Assembly (NCBI RefSeq): GCF_018350175.1
Contig: NC_058368.1
Coordinates: forward strand, 124,684,001-124,748,000
From: Felis catus
Lineage: Eukaryota
Length of the DNA: 64,000 nucleotides
Direction: 5' to 3'
Positions within the stretch are counted from its first letter, which is position 1. Each line of letters begins with the position of its first letter. Both the position numbers and the translations under genes were made by a program. This document shows positions 61,681-64,000 of the stretch, piece by piece. A model generated the notes under the pieces. The model was given only the letters and a program-made list of their open reading frames with translations. It made no database searches and had not been told where the DNA came from.

Positions 61681-62560
61681 AAACACTCTAGTGGAAAAGG
61701 TGAACAGCATGCAAACCCAGATGGAAAATTTCACCAATGAAATAAACACTTTAGGGAAAAAAAACAAAAATGCTATATAAATTTTTTAAAAATCATAACA
61801 AATAAAGAATGTCTTCAACTGACTGATCAAAAGATTCAACAAGCCAACAGGAAAAAAATAAGTGAGAAAAAATTAGTGAACTTGAAACTAGGTTAATAGA
61901 AATTATGCAAACTGAAACAGAGAAAAACAAGTGAAGAAAAGCAGATACTAAATAGAACCATTAGAACTATGGGTATAACATATGTGTAGGGTGGAATAAA
62001 TATTTGAAGATATAAAAGCTGAGTATTTCCCCACAAAAATAATGAAATATATTAAGCCACAGGTCCAAGAAGCTCAGAGGAACCCCAAACAGATAACAGT
62101 AAAAGAGGAGAAGGGAGAGAAACAAAACTCACACCACAAACATATATCTAGACCCATAATACTTAAGTGGCTTAAAACTTAAAGAGAAAATCTTTAAGAC
62201 ACTCAAATAAAAAGGAAATATTACATACAGAGAAACAAAGCTAAGACTGACAGTAAGCTTCTCATGTGAAACCATATCAAACAAGATAGAATGATACCTT
62301 TAAAATGCTGGGGGGTGGGTGGGAACTATTAACCCAGAATTTATGCCCGGTGAAAATACGTATCAAAAAAGAAAGAAAAGACTTTTTCAGACAAGTAGAA
62401 ACTGAGAGAATTTGTTACTAGCAGACTTACACTACAAAAAAAAAAAAAAAAAAATGTTAGAGGAGGCTCCACAGGTAAAAGGGAAATGATACCAGATCAA
62501 AACTTGGAATGTGAACCAGTCAGAGCCCCAGAAATGATTAAAATAAAGATTTTCCTAGCT
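61681..62560 (+). mobile_element. Old L1 ORF1 region, right part of host element
   Basis: ctctagtggaaaaggtgaacagcatgc, ttagtgaacttgaa, ccaagaagctcagag, ctgagagaatttgttactagcagac. Confidence 0.8.
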
Positions 62561-62598
62561 TTGGGTGAATGAAATTCTTTTTAATATAAAAAACTCAA

Positions 62599-63028
62599 TC
62601 TAGTCTACTCTATTGGTGCCCCGCCCAGCCCTCCTTTATTGTACTGGTGCAAGGATTCTCCTGGTTGCCCAAGAGGGAAGGGGTATGGGGAGGGCTTCTA
62701 TCAGCTCACAGATGCATTCCACCCATCAGAATTGCCCTTGGCCAGTGGCAGCCACTTGGAGATAGAATATATGGGACGTTGTGCCCTGCCCCTGAGGAAG
62801 GCCTCTAGCCAATAACTAACAGATATGGGGTACCATAAAGACCCACTGCCTTGCCTCAATGGGGAGTAACTCTGTAGTACTATTCATGTTTTAGAGTTCC
62901 CTGAATCTACATCTTTGCCTTACCTTTTCTCCTGTCCTAGCCTGCTTCCTTCCCTTTATTACAGATTTCACCTGAGAGCTCTCCCTCAAGATTCAATTTC
63001 TCAATCTCTGAGGACTCTGAAAAAGACA
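62599..63028 (+). mobile_element. ERVL solo LTR, LTR16-like
   Basis: ttggtgccccgcccag, agaattgcccttggcc, ccttgcctcaa, ends aagaca. Confidence 0.75.
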
Positions 63029-63029
63029 C

Positions 63030-63300
63030 TCAACATTTTATCACAAACAGTGATCTTAGCCATAGGTTTTTCTACATGTTGTTTTTCAAATTAAGAAATT
63101 TCCTCTATACCTTGTTTCCTAGGAGTTTATATCAAGAATGGATGCGATTTTCTGTAAAAAAAAAAAAATAATAATAATAATAATAATCTACATTTATTTA
63201 TATGATCACGTGATTTTTCTCCTTTATTTGGTTAATATAATAGCTTTTGTATAGTAATTCAGAATTCTTAGAATAAATGTAACTTCGTCATAATTTTTTA
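63030..63300 (-). mobile_element. Old L1 ORF2 fragment, antisense
   Basis: aattaagaaatttcctctatacct...gagtttatatcaagaatggatg. Confidence 0.65.
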
Positions 63301-64000
63301 AAATAACTTCTTAATCTATTAAAACTTTTCAAATTGTAAAAAGCAAGATTTTCTTTTTTTTTTCTCTTTGACAAGAGTTCTTCCATAAAGATTAAAGGGA
63401 GAAAAACTCATTGAGACTAAGCAGGGAGCAGCAAGAGAAAACCCAAATATATTTAAATCTTCCAAAGCTGCTAACAGCAGGAGGAATACTGGCACATTTC
63501 TTATTCAAGGAGTCTGTACCAGCTCTGCAAAAGGAACAGTCCTGCCTGCAGGCAAGGGTGGAATGAGAGGGTCTGCAAGTCCCCATCAATCTTCAAGCTT
63601 CTAAAACCAGCTTTTGCTTGAAGAGCCAATAAAACTCTATGCTGCAACCCATAGGCAGAGCCTTTCTGAGGATCAAAACACATGGCTCATCAATCCCATA
63701 GGATTATGAGAGTAGGGAATATAAAAGGAATCCACAAACTGGCATAAAGCCCTTAATATTGACAGATTCACAGGTTTTTATCAATTTGTGTCACAGAACA
63801 TCTTCCTCATTTTTCCTTGTTCCTTCAAAAGTTGGAGAAGCTTGACCCCAATTGCCAGTCATTCCATCACTAAATACAGTACTTGTATTTATTAATGAGA
63901 AAATAAATAGCCATCAACATTGTAACTAGAAAATACATTAATCTTCACGTATGGAATAAAGACACCAAAACCCCCCAAATACACAAGCTCTGGAATGATG

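Overview
Mammalian genomic DNA, almost certainly felid (cat-type Can-SINEs and L1 3' ends). It is AT-rich, CpG-poor and dominated by transposable elements: about 24 tRNA-derived Can-SINEs, one near-full-length dead L1 (~54984-61668) inserted into an older L1, several L1/HAL1/L2/MIR fragments, ERV solo LTRs, hAT DNA-transposon relics and microsatellites. I recognise no protein-coding gene, RNA gene, CpG island or CRISPR-like system, and the ORF track is explained by repeats and chance. SINEs are strongly biased to the + strand (22 of 24), suggesting a long intron of a minus-strand gene. I found no convincing new biological system. The most unusual structures are an L1 fragment with a ~78-bp flanking duplication, a repeat/hairpin cluster at 36.7 kb, twin solo LTRs and several nested insertions. 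Repeat family names come from recalled consensus similarity and need RepeatMasker/Dfam confirmation. Boundaries of old elements are approximate.
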